Shown here: positions 51,659 to 62,695 of the stretch, piece after piece
Layout: each line of letters begins with the position of its first letter
Numbering within the stretch: position 1 is the first letter of the stretch
Origin: Acidiferrobacteraceae bacterium
GTDB taxonomy: Bacteria > Pseudomonadota > Gammaproteobacteria > Acidiferrobacterales > Sulfurifustaceae
Reading direction: 5' to 3'
Assembly: GCA_021323795.1 (NCBI GenBank)
Contig: JAJPKH010000306.1
Span: forward strand, 11,221-75,220
DNA length: 64,000 bases
Notes under the pieces: model-generated
The model's database searches: none
Told to the model about the DNA's origin: nothing
Seen by the model: the letters and a program-made list of their open reading frames with translations, nothing else
Position numbers and translations under genes: made by a program

Positions 51659-52423
51659 TTAGTTCCTTGTCTCCGGAGCCGCCTGCGGGGATAACTGAAA
51701 CGTGACCGTATAGGGTTGCTTCGACGTCTGATCGATCAGTTGCAGACGCAGACTACGCGCCGTACGCGCTTCCGCCGGGAAGAAGATGAAACCATACGCG
51801 AGCTCGCCCGGTTTGACGGCGCGGTTGCGCAGCGACTTTTCGTTGAAATCGTCCATGACGGCGCGACGCGCTTGATCCGCCTTAGCCGCACCCACGCCGC
51901 CGCCGATCACGCCGCCGCCTGCAACGCCCGCCGCCGCGCCCTTGGCCGCAGCGCGACCGACGTCCTCGCCGCTCACGACTCCCACGGCGGCGCCGATCAA
52001 AGCGCCCGCCGCGCCACCGAGAAATGCGCCATAGCTGCCCTGGCGGAAAATCTGCTTCGTCTCGGCATAGCGCGTCACACGCTCGTAGGCGAATCGCTCG
52101 TTCAGCACGGGCCAAAGTTTGCCTTCCTCGTTCTCGAGAAACGTCTGCGCCGGATTGATCACGAGCGCGTTAGCGCCGCGGTGGTCGAACGCCACCTGCA
52201 CCGGTAACAAACCTGCGTCGATCACGTCGAGGCCGAACGCCTGCCCGGCGGCTTTCCGGTCGGCATAAGCCACGGCTCCCACGGTTGCGCCGGCGAGTTG
52301 CTGTGCGTTCGCATAGCGCTCCGGCAGCTCGAAGCCGACCGGAGTCGCCTTGTAGGCTGTGCCGCAACTGGCCAGCACGGCGGTGGCAAGGAACAGCAAG
52401 ACGGAGGAAATAGCGCGTTTCAT
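51659..52423 (-). CDS. Lipoprotein with a glycine-zipper segment, unknown function
   Basis: Lipobox LATAVLASC and the Gly-rich GAFLGGAAGALIGAAVGVVSG...GVAGGGVIGGGVGAA. Confidence 0.55.
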   Translation of the reverse strand: MKRAISSVLLFLATAVLASCGTAYKATPVGFELPERYANAQQLAGATVGAVAYADRKAAGQAFGLDVIDAGLLPVQVAFDHRGANALVINPAQTFLENEEGKLWPVLNERFAYERVTRYAETKQIFRQGSYGAFLGGAAGALIGAAVGVVSGEDVGRAAAKGAAAGVAGGGVIGGGVGAAKADQARRAVMDDFNEKSLRNRAVKPGELAYGFIFFPAEARTARSLRLQLIDQTSKQPYTVTFQLSPQAAPETRN

Positions 52424-52444
52424 AGTGGTGTCCTCGCAGTATAT

Positions 52445-54346
52445 TTACCGGATTGTTTCCGTCCGCGTCGCGAGCGGTGCGCGCTTCTTCTTTGCGGGAC
52501 GGCCGAGCAGCGCCTGAAGATCCTCCTCCACGAGCGTCTCCTTTTCGAGCAGCCGGCGCGCGCCGCGCTCCAGGGTGTCGCGGCGTTGCGTCAAAACCGC
52601 CTCGGCTTTCGCAAATGCCGCGTTCACGATGTCGCGCACGGCGTGGTCGATGGTGCGTGATGTTTCTTCGCTAAAACTGCGCGCCGACGGCGGCATACCA
52701 GGCACTTGCATGAACGCCGGCCGGTCCTCCTCGTAGGCGATGTGGCCGAGCTTCTCGTCCATGCCGTAGCGCATCACCATGCTGCGCGCGATGTCGGTCA
52801 CCTTGGCGAGATCGTCGGCGGCGCCGGTGGAGAGATGCTGGAACACGACATGCTCCGCCGCGCGGCCGCCGAGCAAAACGGCCATCTTGTTTTCCAGCTC
52901 CTCGCGCGTCATGAGATAGCGATCTTCGGTCGGGCGCTGGATGGTGTAGCCGAGCGCGCCGATGCCGCGCGGGATGATGGAGATTTTGTGCACCGGATCG
53001 ACACCGGGCAGCGACATCGCGACCAGCGCATGGCCCATTTCGTGAAACGCGACGACCTCGCGTTCCTTCGGATGGAGCAGGCGATTCTTTTTCTCCAGCC
53101 CCGCAACGATACGCTCGATTGCGTGATTGAAGTCATCGAGCGTGACTGAATCCGCCCCGCGGCGCGTCGCGAGCAACGCTGCTTCGTTGACGAGATTGGC
53201 GAGATCGGCGCCAGAGAAACCGGGGGTTAGCGCGGCTATTTGTTCGATATCGATGTCGCGCGCATGCTGCACCTTTTTTATGTGAACTTTCAGAATATCG
53301 ATGCGTCCCTTCTTATCCGGACGATCGACGAGCACTTGCCGGTCGAAACGCCCGGCGCGCAGCAGCGCGGGGTCGAGGATTTCCGGCCGATTTGTAGCCG
53401 CGAGCAGCATCAGCCCCTTGCTCGGGTCGAAGCCGTCCATTTCGGAGAGCAACTGATTCAAGGTTTGCTCCTTCTCATCATGCCCGCCGGCCATGGGATA
53501 GGCGCCGCGCGCACGGCCGAGCGCGTCGAGCTCATCGACAAAGATAATCGCGGGCGCGAGCTTGCGCGCCTGCTCGAACAGATCGCGCACGCGCGCGGCG
53601 CCGACGCCGACGAACATCTCGACGAATTCCGAGCCGTTGATGGAGAGAAACGGCACGCCGGCCTCGCCCGCGACCGCGCGCGCAAGCAGCGTCTTGCCGG
53701 TGCCGGGCGGTCCCACGAGCAACACGCCCTTCGGGATACGCGCGCCAAGCCGGCCGTAGCGTTCCGGCTCCTTGAGAAACTCGACAACTTCCTTCAATTC
53801 CTCCTTGGCTTCATCCACGCCCGCGACGTCCTCGAACGTGACGCCGGTCTGTTTCTCCATGTAGACCTTGGCCTTGCTCTTGCCGATTTCGAGCATCCCG
53901 CCCGCCCCGCCACCGCCCATGCGCTTCAAGACGAACATCCAGATCCCGACGAAGATCGCGGCCGGCAAGATCCAGGACAGCAGCGTCGCGAGCCAGCGGC
54001 TTTCGATTCTTCCGGCGAAGCGGATCTTGGCCGCCTCCAATTCCGCCACCAGATTCGGGTCGTCGACCCGCACTGTTTCGAAGCGATGCTTGCCTTCGCC
54101 GGCGCGTTTGAGCTGCTCTAATTTTTCCTTCGGAAGGAGCGCATCGAGTCCATCGGGCTTGAGAATTCCGCTGATTGTTTGGTCTGAAATGGCGACGTCG
54201 TCGAGCTTGCCTGCCTTGAGCAGCGTCTTGAACTCGTCGTAGGTTAGATTTTCGGTATGGACGGTCGAGACGTACGTCTGCCAAGCGATCATCAACAGGA
54301 ACACGATGAGGAAATACCAAACAGAGTACTGTTGTTGTTTATCCAT
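52445..54346 (-). CDS. ftsH: ATP-dependent zinc metalloprotease FtsH
   Basis: Two N-terminal TMs, AAA+ Walker [12 protein letters not shown], Walker [12 protein letters not shown], and HEMGHALV zinc site. Confidence 0.95.
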   Translation of the reverse strand: MDKQQQYSVWYFLIVFLLMIAWQTYVSTVHTENLTYDEFKTLLKAGKLDDVAISDQTISGILKPDGLDALLPKEKLEQLKRAGEGKHRFETVRVDDPNLVAELEAAKIRFAGRIESRWLATLLSWILPAAIFVGIWMFVLKRMGGGGAGGMLEIGKSKAKVYMEKQTGVTFEDVAGVDEAKEELKEVVEFLKEPERYGRLGARIPKGVLLVGPPGTGKTLLARAVAGEAGVPFLSINGSEFVEMFVGVGAARVRDLFEQARKLAPAIIFVDELDALGRARGAYPMAGGHDEKEQTLNQLLSEMDGFDPSKGLMLLAATNRPEILDPALLRAGRFDRQVLVDRPDKKGRIDILKVHIKKVQHARDIDIEQIAALTPGFSGADLANLVNEAALLATRRGADSVTLDDFNHAIERIVAGLEKKNRLLHPKEREVVAFHEMGHALVAMSLPGVDPVHKISIIPRGIGALGYTIQRPTEDRYLMTREELENKMAVLLGGRAAEHVVFQHLSTGAADDLAKVTDIARSMVMRYGMDEKLGHIAYEEDRPAFMQVPGMPPSARSFSEETSRTIDHAVRDIVNAAFAKAEAVLTQRRDTLERGARRLLEKETLVEEDLQALLGRPAKKKRAPLATRTETIR

Positions 54347-54385
54347 GGCTCACCTGTCGTTGAGGCCTGCGCTCTAGCGTCCGCG

Positions 54386-54619
54386 TCACGGCGCGCGCGA
54401 GGCGCCGTCGCGCTCGAGGCGCGCCTTGCGCTCCTCGTACTCTTGCGTCGAGATCTCGCCCGCCGCGTAGCGGCGCTGCAGTGTCTGCAACGGCGTCTCA
54501 CGCGCACGCGTGCGCGGAACGGGCGTGAGGAGTGAAAAGAAAATAACGATGAGCACGATCCAGAACAACCACCAGAATACGTGCATGCCCCAAAACCATC
54601 CGCCGTCGTAACCCATCAT
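54386..54619 (-). CDS. SHOCT-domain small membrane protein
   Basis: Trp/Phe-rich TM WFWGMHVFWWLFWIVLIVIFF followed by LQRRYAAGEISTQEYEERKARL. Confidence 0.75.
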   Translation of the reverse strand: MMGYDGGWFWGMHVFWWLFWIVLIVIFFSLLTPVPRTRARETPLQTLQRRYAAGEISTQEYEERKARLERDGASRAP

Positions 54620-54646
54620 GCTCTTCTCCTCGGTTGTACCTGATCG

Positions 54647-56053
54647 TCAGCGCAAATAAGCTTCGGCAATGTAGCGGCGCATCATGCGATGCGAGTTGAA
54701 GTACGTCGCGTTCTTGCTGATCGCACCTTTCATGACGTTGATCCAACCGTCGCCGCCGGACGTACCGGCCCGGTACAGCGGCAGGACAACGCGTTGGAGT
54801 TTGTCGTACAGCGAGCGCGCGTCATCCTGCGCGCCGGGCGTGCCGACGCTCCAGCCGGTGACGCCTTCGATACAGCCCTCGATCCACCAGCCATCGAGCA
54901 CCGACAGCGACGGCACGCCGTTGAAAGCGGCCTTCATTCCGCTGGTGCCCGAGGCCTCCATCGGGGGCAGCGGGGTGTTGACCCACACGTCCACTCCCGC
55001 AACCAGGAGCTGCGCCGCCGCCATGTCGTAGTCGTGGAGATACGCGACCGGAATCGCGCCCGCCAGCGCGCGGGCGTGCGCGTGCAGCATCTCGATCAGC
55101 CGCTTGCCCTCGCCGTCGCGCGGGTGTGCCTTGCCGGCGAGGACGATTTGGAGCGGCTGCTCGCGCGCGATGCGCTTCAAGCGTTCGAGATCAGTGAACA
55201 GCAGATCGGGGCGCTTGTACGCCGTCATGCGCCGGGCGAAGCCGAGCAGTAGCACGTCCGGCCGAAGCGATACACCCGTGTCGGCCCGCACCTTGTCGAT
55301 CAGCGCCGCCTTCGCCTGCGCATGCGCCGCGAGGATCGCGGCGTCCGGAATACAGCAATCGGCGCGCACCAATTGCTCCGGCTCGTGACGCCATGCCGGC
55401 AGATATTGATCGTAGACCTTGGCGAATGGCGCGGCCGTCCACGTACTTGGATGCACCCCGTTCGTGATCGCGTGCACCCGGTATCCCGGAAACATCTGCT
55501 GCGATACCTCGGCGTGGCGCTTGGCGACGCCGTTGACGTAGTCGCTGAGATTAAGCGCGAGGCGCGTCATGTTGAGGCGATCTTCTCCGGCGAAGCGCTT
55601 CAGCACGTCGAGATCGATTTCGCTTTCGTTCACCGCGAGACGGCTGCGCACCGCCCGCGCGGGATCGGCCAGGCGCACCAGCGTTTCGACGCCGATCCGG
55701 TTCTCGAGCAGGCGCTCGACCAGCTCGTAGGAAAACTGGTCATATCCGGCCTCGACCGGCGTGTGCGTCGTGAAGATGCAGTGCGCTCGCACTTTGGGGA
55801 CGTCGTAGAGCCGCTCGCCGGGGCGCAATTCCGCGGGCGCGTACGCATGCTGGTGCAGCAGCTCGAGCGTGAGCAGCGCCGCGTGGCCTTCCAGCGTGAC
55901 ACCGGCCATGGGAACGGCGAGATCGGCCGCCGCGCGCAAGGTGTCCCCGGCCAGAACACCGAGACCGCCCGCGTACGTCGGAATTTCGCTGCGCAGCGCG
56001 ATCTCCATCGAAAAGTAAGCGATGCGTCGCTCGTGCACGAAGTCATAAAGCAT
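54647..56053 (-). CDS. Alpha-glucan phosphorylase-family protein, apparently missing an internal N-domain segment
   Basis: IAYFSMEIAL...TYAGGLGVLAGDTLRAAADLAVPM, FTTHTPVEAG, NGVAKRH, MEASGTSGMKAAFNG (PLP Lys region). Confidence 0.82.
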   Translation of the reverse strand: MLYDFVHERRIAYFSMEIALRSEIPTYAGGLGVLAGDTLRAAADLAVPMAGVTLEGHAALLTLELLHQHAYAPAELRPGERLYDVPKVRAHCIFTTHTPVEAGYDQFSYELVERLLENRIGVETLVRLADPARAVRSRLAVNESEIDLDVLKRFAGEDRLNMTRLALNLSDYVNGVAKRHAEVSQQMFPGYRVHAITNGVHPSTWTAAPFAKVYDQYLPAWRHEPEQLVRADCCIPDAAILAAHAQAKAALIDKVRADTGVSLRPDVLLLGFARRMTAYKRPDLLFTDLERLKRIAREQPLQIVLAGKAHPRDGEGKRLIEMLHAHARALAGAIPVAYLHDYDMAAAQLLVAGVDVWVNTPLPPMEASGTSGMKAAFNGVPSLSVLDGWWIEGCIEGVTGWSVGTPGAQDDARSLYDKLQRVVLPLYRAGTSGGDGWINVMKGAISKNATYFNSHRMMRRYIAEAYLR

Positions 56054-56089
56054 GACCTACCCTCCGTTCTCCGCAGCTCACGCGTCGAA

Positions 56090-57235
56090 TCATTCGGCGC
56101 GCACTGCTATCGAGGCGGGCCGGCGGCGCCCGAGCAGAGCGAGCAGCTTGTCGTACGATGCGATGAACTTTTGCACGCCCTCTTCCTCGAGCCGCTCGGC
56201 AATCCACGGCAGTTCGATCCCGAGCGGTGCCAGTTGCGTGGGCAGCCGAAGCGCGGCCTCAATGTCGTCGGTCAACCACGCGGCCGGCTCACCGTGCGCG
56301 CGATAAGCGATCATCGTCTCGTACGGCATAGTGTTTACCGTGTCCGGAGCGATTAACGCATCGACATACTTCACGTCGCTGTAGGCCGGATCCTTCGTGC
56401 CGGTGCTCGCCCACAAAAGGCGCTGCGGCCGCGCCCCGCGCCGTCTCAATGCTTCCCAGCGAGCGTCGGCGATGAGCTCGTTGTACGCCTGATAGGCGAT
56501 GCGGGCGCAAGCGATCGCCGCTTGCCCGCGCAGTTTTTGCGCCGCGGCGCGGGCGACCGGGCGTTCGATCGCGTCGAGACGCTTATCGATCGCGACGTCG
56601 ATGCGGCTGAGAAAAAAACTCGCCACCGATGCCACGCGTTCGACTGCATTGCCGGCGCTCGCGTACGCTTCAAGCCCCTCGATGTAAGCGTGCGCTGCCT
56701 CCCGATAGCGCTCGACGCTGAACAACAAGGTCACATTGACGTTGATCCCCGCGGCGATCAGGCGGCGGATCGCAAGCAGCCCGGCGCGCGTCCCCGGCAC
56801 TTTGATCATGACGTTCGCCCGGTCGACCGCGGGCCACAAGCGCTGCGCTTCGGCGACGGTCGCCTCGGTGTCGTGCGCCAGGTGCGGTGACACTTCGAGA
56901 CTGACGTAGCCATCGCGCCCGTCGCTCGTTTCATAAATCTCGCGCAGCAGATCGGCGGCGCCCTGGATGTCCTCGATCACCAGCGCTTCGTACATTGCCC
57001 GGGCATCGAACCGGCGGCGCGCAAGATCTGCTATGGCCGCGTCGTAGTCGCGTGTATCGCTGATGGCATTTCGGAAGATCGCGGGGTTCGATGTGACGCC
57101 GGTTACGCCGTCCTCGGCGATCAACCGTGCGAGCGTTCCGTCACGGAGCCAGGCGCGACGGATGTCGTCGAGCCACACGCTCTGCCCCAGCGCCTGCAAC
57201 CGCCGCAAGGGGTTTGCCTGGATCGCGGTTTGCAT
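56090..57235 (-). CDS. tal: Transaldolase
   Basis: GQSVWLDDIRR, GVTSNPAIF, NVMIKVPGT (Schiff-base Lys) and NVTLLFS. GGAGGA RBS upstream of the ATG at 57235. Confidence 0.9.
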   Translation of the reverse strand: MQTAIQANPLRRLQALGQSVWLDDIRRAWLRDGTLARLIAEDGVTGVTSNPAIFRNAISDTRDYDAAIADLARRRFDARAMYEALVIEDIQGAADLLREIYETSDGRDGYVSLEVSPHLAHDTEATVAEAQRLWPAVDRANVMIKVPGTRAGLLAIRRLIAAGINVNVTLLFSVERYREAAHAYIEGLEAYASAGNAVERVASVASFFLSRIDVAIDKRLDAIERPVARAAAQKLRGQAAIACARIAYQAYNELIADARWEALRRRGARPQRLLWASTGTKDPAYSDVKYVDALIAPDTVNTMPYETMIAYRAHGEPAAWLTDDIEAALRLPTQLAPLGIELPWIAERLEEEGVQKFIASYDKLLALLGRRRPASIAVRAE

Positions 57236-57252
57236 AACGTCCTCCTTGAACA

Positions 57253-59643
57253 TCAATAAGGCCACTTCCACTCCCTTATCTCCGGCATGTCTTCGCCGTG
57301 CTGTTCGATGTATTGCTTGTGCTCCACGCGCTTGTCGCGCATCAGCTGCTTCAAATAAATCGCGTGGCCGCCGAGCCGCGGCACGCGGTCGGCGACATCC
57401 ATCACCAGATGAAACCGGTCCATGTCGTTCAAAACCACCATATCGAACGGCGTCGTGGTCGTGCCCTCCTCTTTGTAGCCGCGCACATGCAGATTAACGT
57501 GATTGGCGCGCCGGTAGGTCAGGCGGTGAATCAGCCAGGGGTAACCGTGATAGGCGAAGATGATGGGCTTGTCCTTGGTAAAGAGCATATCGAAGTCGCG
57601 ATCGGACAGACCGTGCGGATGCTCCTCGCGCGGCTGCAGCGTCATGAGATCGACCACGTTGATGACGCGCACTTTAAGTTGCGGTGCGTGTTGGCGCAGG
57701 ATGTCGACGGCTGCCAATACTTCGAGCGTCGGCACGTCACCCGCGCAAGCCAACACGACATCGGGCTCCTGCTGCTGATCGTTGCTGGCCCAGTCGAAAA
57801 CGCCGATGCCGGCGGTGCAATGCTTGACGGCCGCGTCCATGTCGAGCCATTGCGGCGCCGGCTGCTTACCCGCGACGATCACATTCACGAAGTTCCGCGA
57901 GCGCAGGCAACAGTCGGTAATGCAAAGCAGCGTGTTAGCGTCGGGCGGCAGGTAAACGCGAATGATGTCGGCTTTCTTGTTCATCACGAGATCTATAAAG
58001 CCGGGATCTTGGTGCGAGAAACCGTTGTGATCCTGGCGCCAGACGTGCGACGTCAGCAGGTAGTTGAGCGAGGCGATCGGCCGGCGCCACGGAATTTCCT
58101 TGCTCACCTTCAGCCACTTTGCGTGTTGATTGAACATGGAATCAACAATGTGGATAAACGCCTCGTAGCAGGAGAAGAACCCATGGCGGCCTGTGAGCAG
58201 ATAACCTTCGAGCCAGCCCTGGCAAGTATGCTCCGAGAGAATCTCGAGCACGCGTCCGTCCGCTGATAGATGCTCGTCCTCCGGATCGTGTTCACCCGCC
58301 CATGCACGGTCCGTCACCTCGAACAGCGCACCGAGCCGGTTCGACGCCGTCTCATCCGGCCCGACGACCCGGAAGTTGCGCGATTCGAGATTGAGCTTCA
58401 TCACGTCGCGCAGGTACGTGCCCATCACGCGCGTTGCCTCGCCAATCACCGCACCGGGTTTGGCGACACTGACCGCATACGCGCGAAAATCCGGAAGGCG
58501 TAAATCCTTCAGCAACCGCCCGCCGTTCGCGTGCGGGTTGGCGCCCATGCGCCGATCGCCCTTGGGCGCGAGCGCGGCGATCGATGGCTTTAGCGCGCCG
58601 CGCGCGTCGAACAGCTCCTGCGGCTTGTAGCTCTTCATCCATTGTTCGAGCGCCTTCAGGTGCTCGGGATTCGTGCCGATATCAGCAAGCGGCACTTGGT
58701 GCGAGCGCCAGGTTCCTTCGGTCTTTTTGCCATCGACCCGCTTCGGACCGGTCCAGCCTTTCGGCGTTTTCAGCACGATCATCGGCCAGGTCGGCCGGTC
58801 CTTGAGCTTGCCGGAGCGCGCTTGCGACCGGATGTCCCGAATCTCAGCGATCACGGCTTCCAGTGTGGCGGCCATGCGCTGGTGCATCTCATGGGGATCG
58901 TCGCCCTCCACGAAGTACGGCTGGTAGCCGAAGCCGACCAGTAGGCTTTCGAGCTCCGCGTGCGGAATGCGGGCGAGCACGGTGGGATTCGCGATCTTGT
59001 AGCCGTTCAGATGCAGAATCGGCAACACCGCGCCGTCGGTGGCTGGATTCAGGAACTTGTTCGAGTGCCACGCGGCGGCGAGCGGCCCGGTCTCGGCTTC
59101 GCCGTCGCCGATTACGCAGGCGACGATGAGATCGGGATTGTCGAACGCCGCGCCGTAGGCGTGCGACAGCGAATAGCCGAGCTCGCCGCCCTCGTGGATC
59201 GAGCCCGGCGTTTCGGCGGTCGCGTGGCTGCCGACCCCACCCGGGAACGAGAATTGTTTGAACAAACGCTGCATCCCTTGCGCGTCCTGTGGGACGTTCG
59301 GGTACAGCTCGCTGTAGCTGCCCTCCAACCAACTGTTGGCCACGAGCGCCGGCCCGCCGTGACCGGGCCCGGCGATGTAGATCATGTCGAGTTCATACTT
59401 ATTAATAAGGCGATTCAGGTGCGCATAAATGAAATTGAGCCCAGGGCTGGTGCCCCAGTGGCCAAGCAGGCGCGGCTTAATGTGCTCTGGCTGCAACGGC
59501 TCCTTTAATAAAGGATTGTCGAGTAAGTAAATCTGCCCGACCGAGAGATAATTGGCCGCGCGCCAGTAGGCATCGATTCTCTGCAACTCCTCGGTCGACA
59601 GCGTGGCGGTTGCGGACTTGGTTGCCGTTGCCGTTTCGTTCAT
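57253..59643 (-). CDS. xfp: Xylulose-5-phosphate/fructose-6-phosphate phosphoketolase
   Basis: [58 protein letters not shown], with the expected size of 796 aa. Confidence 0.95.
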   Translation of the reverse strand: MNETATATKSATATLSTEELQRIDAYWRAANYLSVGQIYLLDNPLLKEPLQPEHIKPRLLGHWGTSPGLNFIYAHLNRLINKYELDMIYIAGPGHGGPALVANSWLEGSYSELYPNVPQDAQGMQRLFKQFSFPGGVGSHATAETPGSIHEGGELGYSLSHAYGAAFDNPDLIVACVIGDGEAETGPLAAAWHSNKFLNPATDGAVLPILHLNGYKIANPTVLARIPHAELESLLVGFGYQPYFVEGDDPHEMHQRMAATLEAVIAEIRDIRSQARSGKLKDRPTWPMIVLKTPKGWTGPKRVDGKKTEGTWRSHQVPLADIGTNPEHLKALEQWMKSYKPQELFDARGALKPSIAALAPKGDRRMGANPHANGGRLLKDLRLPDFRAYAVSVAKPGAVIGEATRVMGTYLRDVMKLNLESRNFRVVGPDETASNRLGALFEVTDRAWAGEHDPEDEHLSADGRVLEILSEHTCQGWLEGYLLTGRHGFFSCYEAFIHIVDSMFNQHAKWLKVSKEIPWRRPIASLNYLLTSHVWRQDHNGFSHQDPGFIDLVMNKKADIIRVYLPPDANTLLCITDCCLRSRNFVNVIVAGKQPAPQWLDMDAAVKHCTAGIGVFDWASNDQQQEPDVVLACAGDVPTLEVLAAVDILRQHAPQLKVRVINVVDLMTLQPREEHPHGLSDRDFDMLFTKDKPIIFAYHGYPWLIHRLTYRRANHVNLHVRGYKEEGTTTTPFDMVVLNDMDRFHLVMDVADRVPRLGGHAIYLKQLMRDKRVEHKQYIEQHGEDMPEIREWKWPY

Positions 59644-59668
59644 CACACTCTCCTTTGCTTCACTTGCG

Positions 59669-60400
59669 TCATTGCGCGCGGTCCTTGCCGGTGCTCGATG
59701 CATCTCGCCTCCCGGCAGAAGGGCGCCAGGCGGACAGGTCGTAATCGATTAAGTGGCTGATGCGATCGAGCGTGACATCGGCCGCGGGATAGGCAGCGAC
59801 ATTCTTCGGATCGAGCGCATAATGTCCTTGGCGCACGAACACTGTCGTCAGCCGTTCACCCCAGCTTTGTTTCATCGCCGCGAGGATGCGCAGCTTGTCA
59901 TCGATCATCACATAGCGGCGCGCCGGATAGCGCCGTTCGACATCGGCCAGCATCTGTTCCTTGTGAATGTAAATCAGCACGCGCCCGTCGACGGCGCCCC
60001 ACAGCCCCGAGCGCTGCACCTTGCGCGGCTGAAACACCACATCGCCGTCGGAAAGAATCGCGGTCGGGCCGAAGCGGCGCGCATGTATGAGCGCCGTTAG
60101 CGCATCCGGGTAGAGCCGTTCGGCGAACGGATAATCCACGAGATACGACGACATCAGCAGCAGCCGCGGCTCGGTCATCGCCTCACGTCGATAACGCTGC
60201 AAAGCGCCGAGGTAGTCGGCGTACCCCAGCTCTGCGCGCAACTCTTCGAACAGGGCCCAATACCGGTCGCACGCCTCCGATCCAAACTCGCGGCCGAGGT
60301 GCTCGTGCAGATCAGCCCGCACAGCGTCGTTGTCGAGCAGCGTGTTGTCCACATCGAACAGGAACACGGTGTCGCTCGCCGACGTGCCGGTCGCTTCCAT
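59669..60400 (-). CDS. HAD-superfamily hydrolase
   Basis: Motif [18 protein letters not shown], and IDDK near the C-terminus. The longer ORF upstream is rejected. Confidence 0.72.
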   Translation of the reverse strand: MEATGTSASDTVFLFDVDNTLLDNDAVRADLHEHLGREFGSEACDRYWALFEELRAELGYADYLGALQRYRREAMTEPRLLLMSSYLVDYPFAERLYPDALTALIHARRFGPTAILSDGDVVFQPRKVQRSGLWGAVDGRVLIYIHKEQMLADVERRYPARRYVMIDDKLRILAAMKQSWGERLTTVFVRQGHYALDPKNVAAYPAADVTLDRISHLIDYDLSAWRPSAGRRDASSTGKDRAQ

Positions 60401-60414
60401 ACGAAATGTTTCTC

Positions 60415-61551
60415 CTATAACCACCGGCGCACCACCCAGCCGATGCTTTCGAGCATGCGCCGCGGCCAGGCTCGGCGCAACCAGCGGCGCAATTCCACCG
60501 GCGCCGCTTCGTTGAGATCGGCCAGGAATTGTTGCTCCAAGGTTTGCGCAAGCGCTGGATCGCGCGCCACCAAATTGACCTCGTAGTTCGTGAAGAAACT
60601 CCGGTAGTCCATGTTGGCGGTGCCGAGCGTGCTCCACTCGCCGTCGATCACCGCCGTCTTCGCGTGCAGCACGCGCGGCTGGTATTCGTAGATGCGCACG
60701 CCGGCGCGCAACAGCGGCGCGAACACGGCCTGCGCGGCCCACTGGACAATCGCCACGTCGGAAATGCCGGGAACGAGGAGACGCACATCGATACCGCGCG
60801 CCGCGGCTGCTTCGAGCGCGTGTTGCGCGCGCAGGCTCGGCACGAGATACGGCGTCGTCACGTAGATGCGATGGCGCGCGGTGGCGAAACGCTCCGCATA
60901 CCAGCAATACAATCGGTGCTGGCACCGCAAGGAATTATTCGCCACCAACACCGCCCCCGCACCGTTCGCGGGCTCGCACTCCCAGCGTCGTTCGCCATTC
61001 CAGAAGGCATCGAACAGATGTGCCGCCTGCCGCGCCAGCTCACCACGCATGCATACCGCCGTGTCCCGCCAGCGCTTGTCGCCGTAAAGCCGCCGCGAGC
61101 TTTCGCGGTGAAGGTTAAAGCCGCCGATGTACGCGTCGGTATCGTCTACGACGAGCAGCTTGCGATGGTTGCGCCGGTTGTAGCGCCACGGGTCGCGCCA
61201 ACGCCACCGATGAAAAAAGCGCAGGCGCACGCCTTTGCTTCGCAAATGCCGCCCGAGCGCGCCGAATCGCCAGGACAGCGAACCGGCTGCATCGATCTGC
61301 GCGCGCACAGCGACGCCGTGGCTTGCCCGCTCGCCCAACGCCTTGGCGAACTCCCACCCGATTTCATCGGGCACTAGGATGTACGTTTCGAAACGAACGT
61401 TCCGAGTCGCTGAACGGATACTGCGCAGCATATCGTCGTACAGCGCGTCGCCTTCGGTATAGAGGTCGAGCGCTTCGGGTGCGCGCGCGAGTACCGGCGT
61501 ACAGCTGGCCGCATGATGGATTGCGCTTGCCGGTGCGAGGGCCGAGGACAT
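60415..61551 (-). CDS. Phospholipase D/cardiolipin synthase-family protein (two HKD motifs)
   Basis: NHRKLLVVDD and LHAKTAVIDGEWSTLGTANMD. Start MSSALAP overlaps the ackA stop (TGATG). Confidence 0.85.
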   Translation of the reverse strand: MSSALAPASAIHHAASCTPVLARAPEALDLYTEGDALYDDMLRSIRSATRNVRFETYILVPDEIGWEFAKALGERASHGVAVRAQIDAAGSLSWRFGALGRHLRSKGVRLRFFHRWRWRDPWRYNRRNHRKLLVVDDTDAYIGGFNLHRESSRRLYGDKRWRDTAVCMRGELARQAAHLFDAFWNGERRWECEPANGAGAVLVANNSLRCQHRLYCWYAERFATARHRIYVTTPYLVPSLRAQHALEAAAARGIDVRLLVPGISDVAIVQWAAQAVFAPLLRAGVRIYEYQPRVLHAKTAVIDGEWSTLGTANMDYRSFFTNYEVNLVARDPALAQTLEQQFLADLNEAAPVELRRWLRRAWPRRMLESIGWVVRRWL

Positions 61552-62681
61552 CAGTCCAACGCTCCTGCGGCGGTGGTTGGTTTTCCGATCAAGTCGAGCG
61601 CCGCTCGTGCGAGCATCCACGCCTCATCGGCGGGCATCACCCATACTTCAACCGAGCTACCCTCTCGGCTGATGCGCCCTTGCACGCCGATGGCGCCGTC
61701 GTTGAGCGCAGCGTCCAACTCGATACCGAAGATTTCGAGGCCGATGAGAATGTTGGCACGGATGAGAGGCGCGTGCTCGCCGACACCGCCGCCGAAGAGG
61801 ATCGCGTCGACGCCACCGAGCGCGGCAACGTACGCGCCGACGTACTTGCGCGCTCGATAGCAGTACACTTCGATCGCAAGTTTCGCGTCACCGTCCGCGC
61901 GCACGAGCAACGCTCGCATGTCGGCGGTGCCCGCCATCCCGTGCAAGCCCGACTCTTGTCTCAGCATACGCTCCAACCTATCCGTGCTTAGCACCTCGGC
62001 GCGCTGAAGAAACATAAGCAGGCCGGGATCCAGGTCGCCCGCACGGGTCGCCATTACAAGACCTTCGAGCGGGGTGAAACCCATTGACGTGTCGATGGCC
62101 CGACCGTCCTGTACGGCGGTGACCGAGCAACCGCCGCCGAGTTGCAGTGATATCACGCGCCCGCCGTCGCGAACCTCGGGACGCAAGGCGCGCCAGCGTC
62201 GCCACATCGACTCGTGCGCCAGGCCGTGAAAACCGTAGCGCCGCAAACCGTGTTTCTCGCAAAGGGCGCGCGGCAGCGCATAGTGCCGCGCTGCCTCGGG
62301 CAACCTTGCGTAGAACGCGGTGTCGAAAACCGCTATTTGTCGCACATCTTTTCCAAGCACCTCGGCGCACGCTTCGATCCAGCGCAGCGCGACCGGATTG
62401 TGCAACGGCGCAAGCGGCGCGACCCGCTCGATCTCGGCCATCACGGCGGCGTCGATGAAACACGGCTCCGTCAGTCGCGCGCCGCCGTGGACGATTCGAT
62501 GCGCCACGACAGCGATGGGTTGCGCACGCTCTTCACCGAGAAACGCCCGCAGCAATGCACGCGGATCGCGGCCGGCGTCGGCGCCGACGAAATGCGCCGA
62601 CGCGAGACGCGTCGATCCGTCGTCCGCGCACCGCGCCAGACGAATCGACGAGCTTCCGGCGTTAACGGTCAGGACAGGCAT
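61551..62681 (-). CDS. ackA: Acetate kinase
   Basis: MPVLTVNAGSSSIRLA, AHRIVHGG, YGFHGLAHE, GGGVGEHA. Confidence 0.9.
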   Translation of the reverse strand: MPVLTVNAGSSSIRLARCADDGSTRLASAHFVGADAGRDPRALLRAFLGEERAQPIAVVAHRIVHGGARLTEPCFIDAAVMAEIERVAPLAPLHNPVALRWIEACAEVLGKDVRQIAVFDTAFYARLPEAARHYALPRALCEKHGLRRYGFHGLAHESMWRRWRALRPEVRDGGRVISLQLGGGCSVTAVQDGRAIDTSMGFTPLEGLVMATRAGDLDPGLLMFLQRAEVLSTDRLERMLRQESGLHGMAGTADMRALLVRADGDAKLAIEVYCYRARKYVGAYVAALGGVDAILFGGGVGEHAPLIRANILIGLEIFGIELDAALNDGAIGVQGRISREGSSVEVWVMPADEAWMLARAALDLIGKPTTAAGALD

Positions 62682-62695
62682 GGCCGGGAGGCCGA

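Noticed and set aside
55322-58266. Plus-strand ORFs of 344 aa and 322 aa
   Set aside because: They are antisense to the glucan phosphorylase, transaldolase and phosphoketolase genes, and no domains were recognised.
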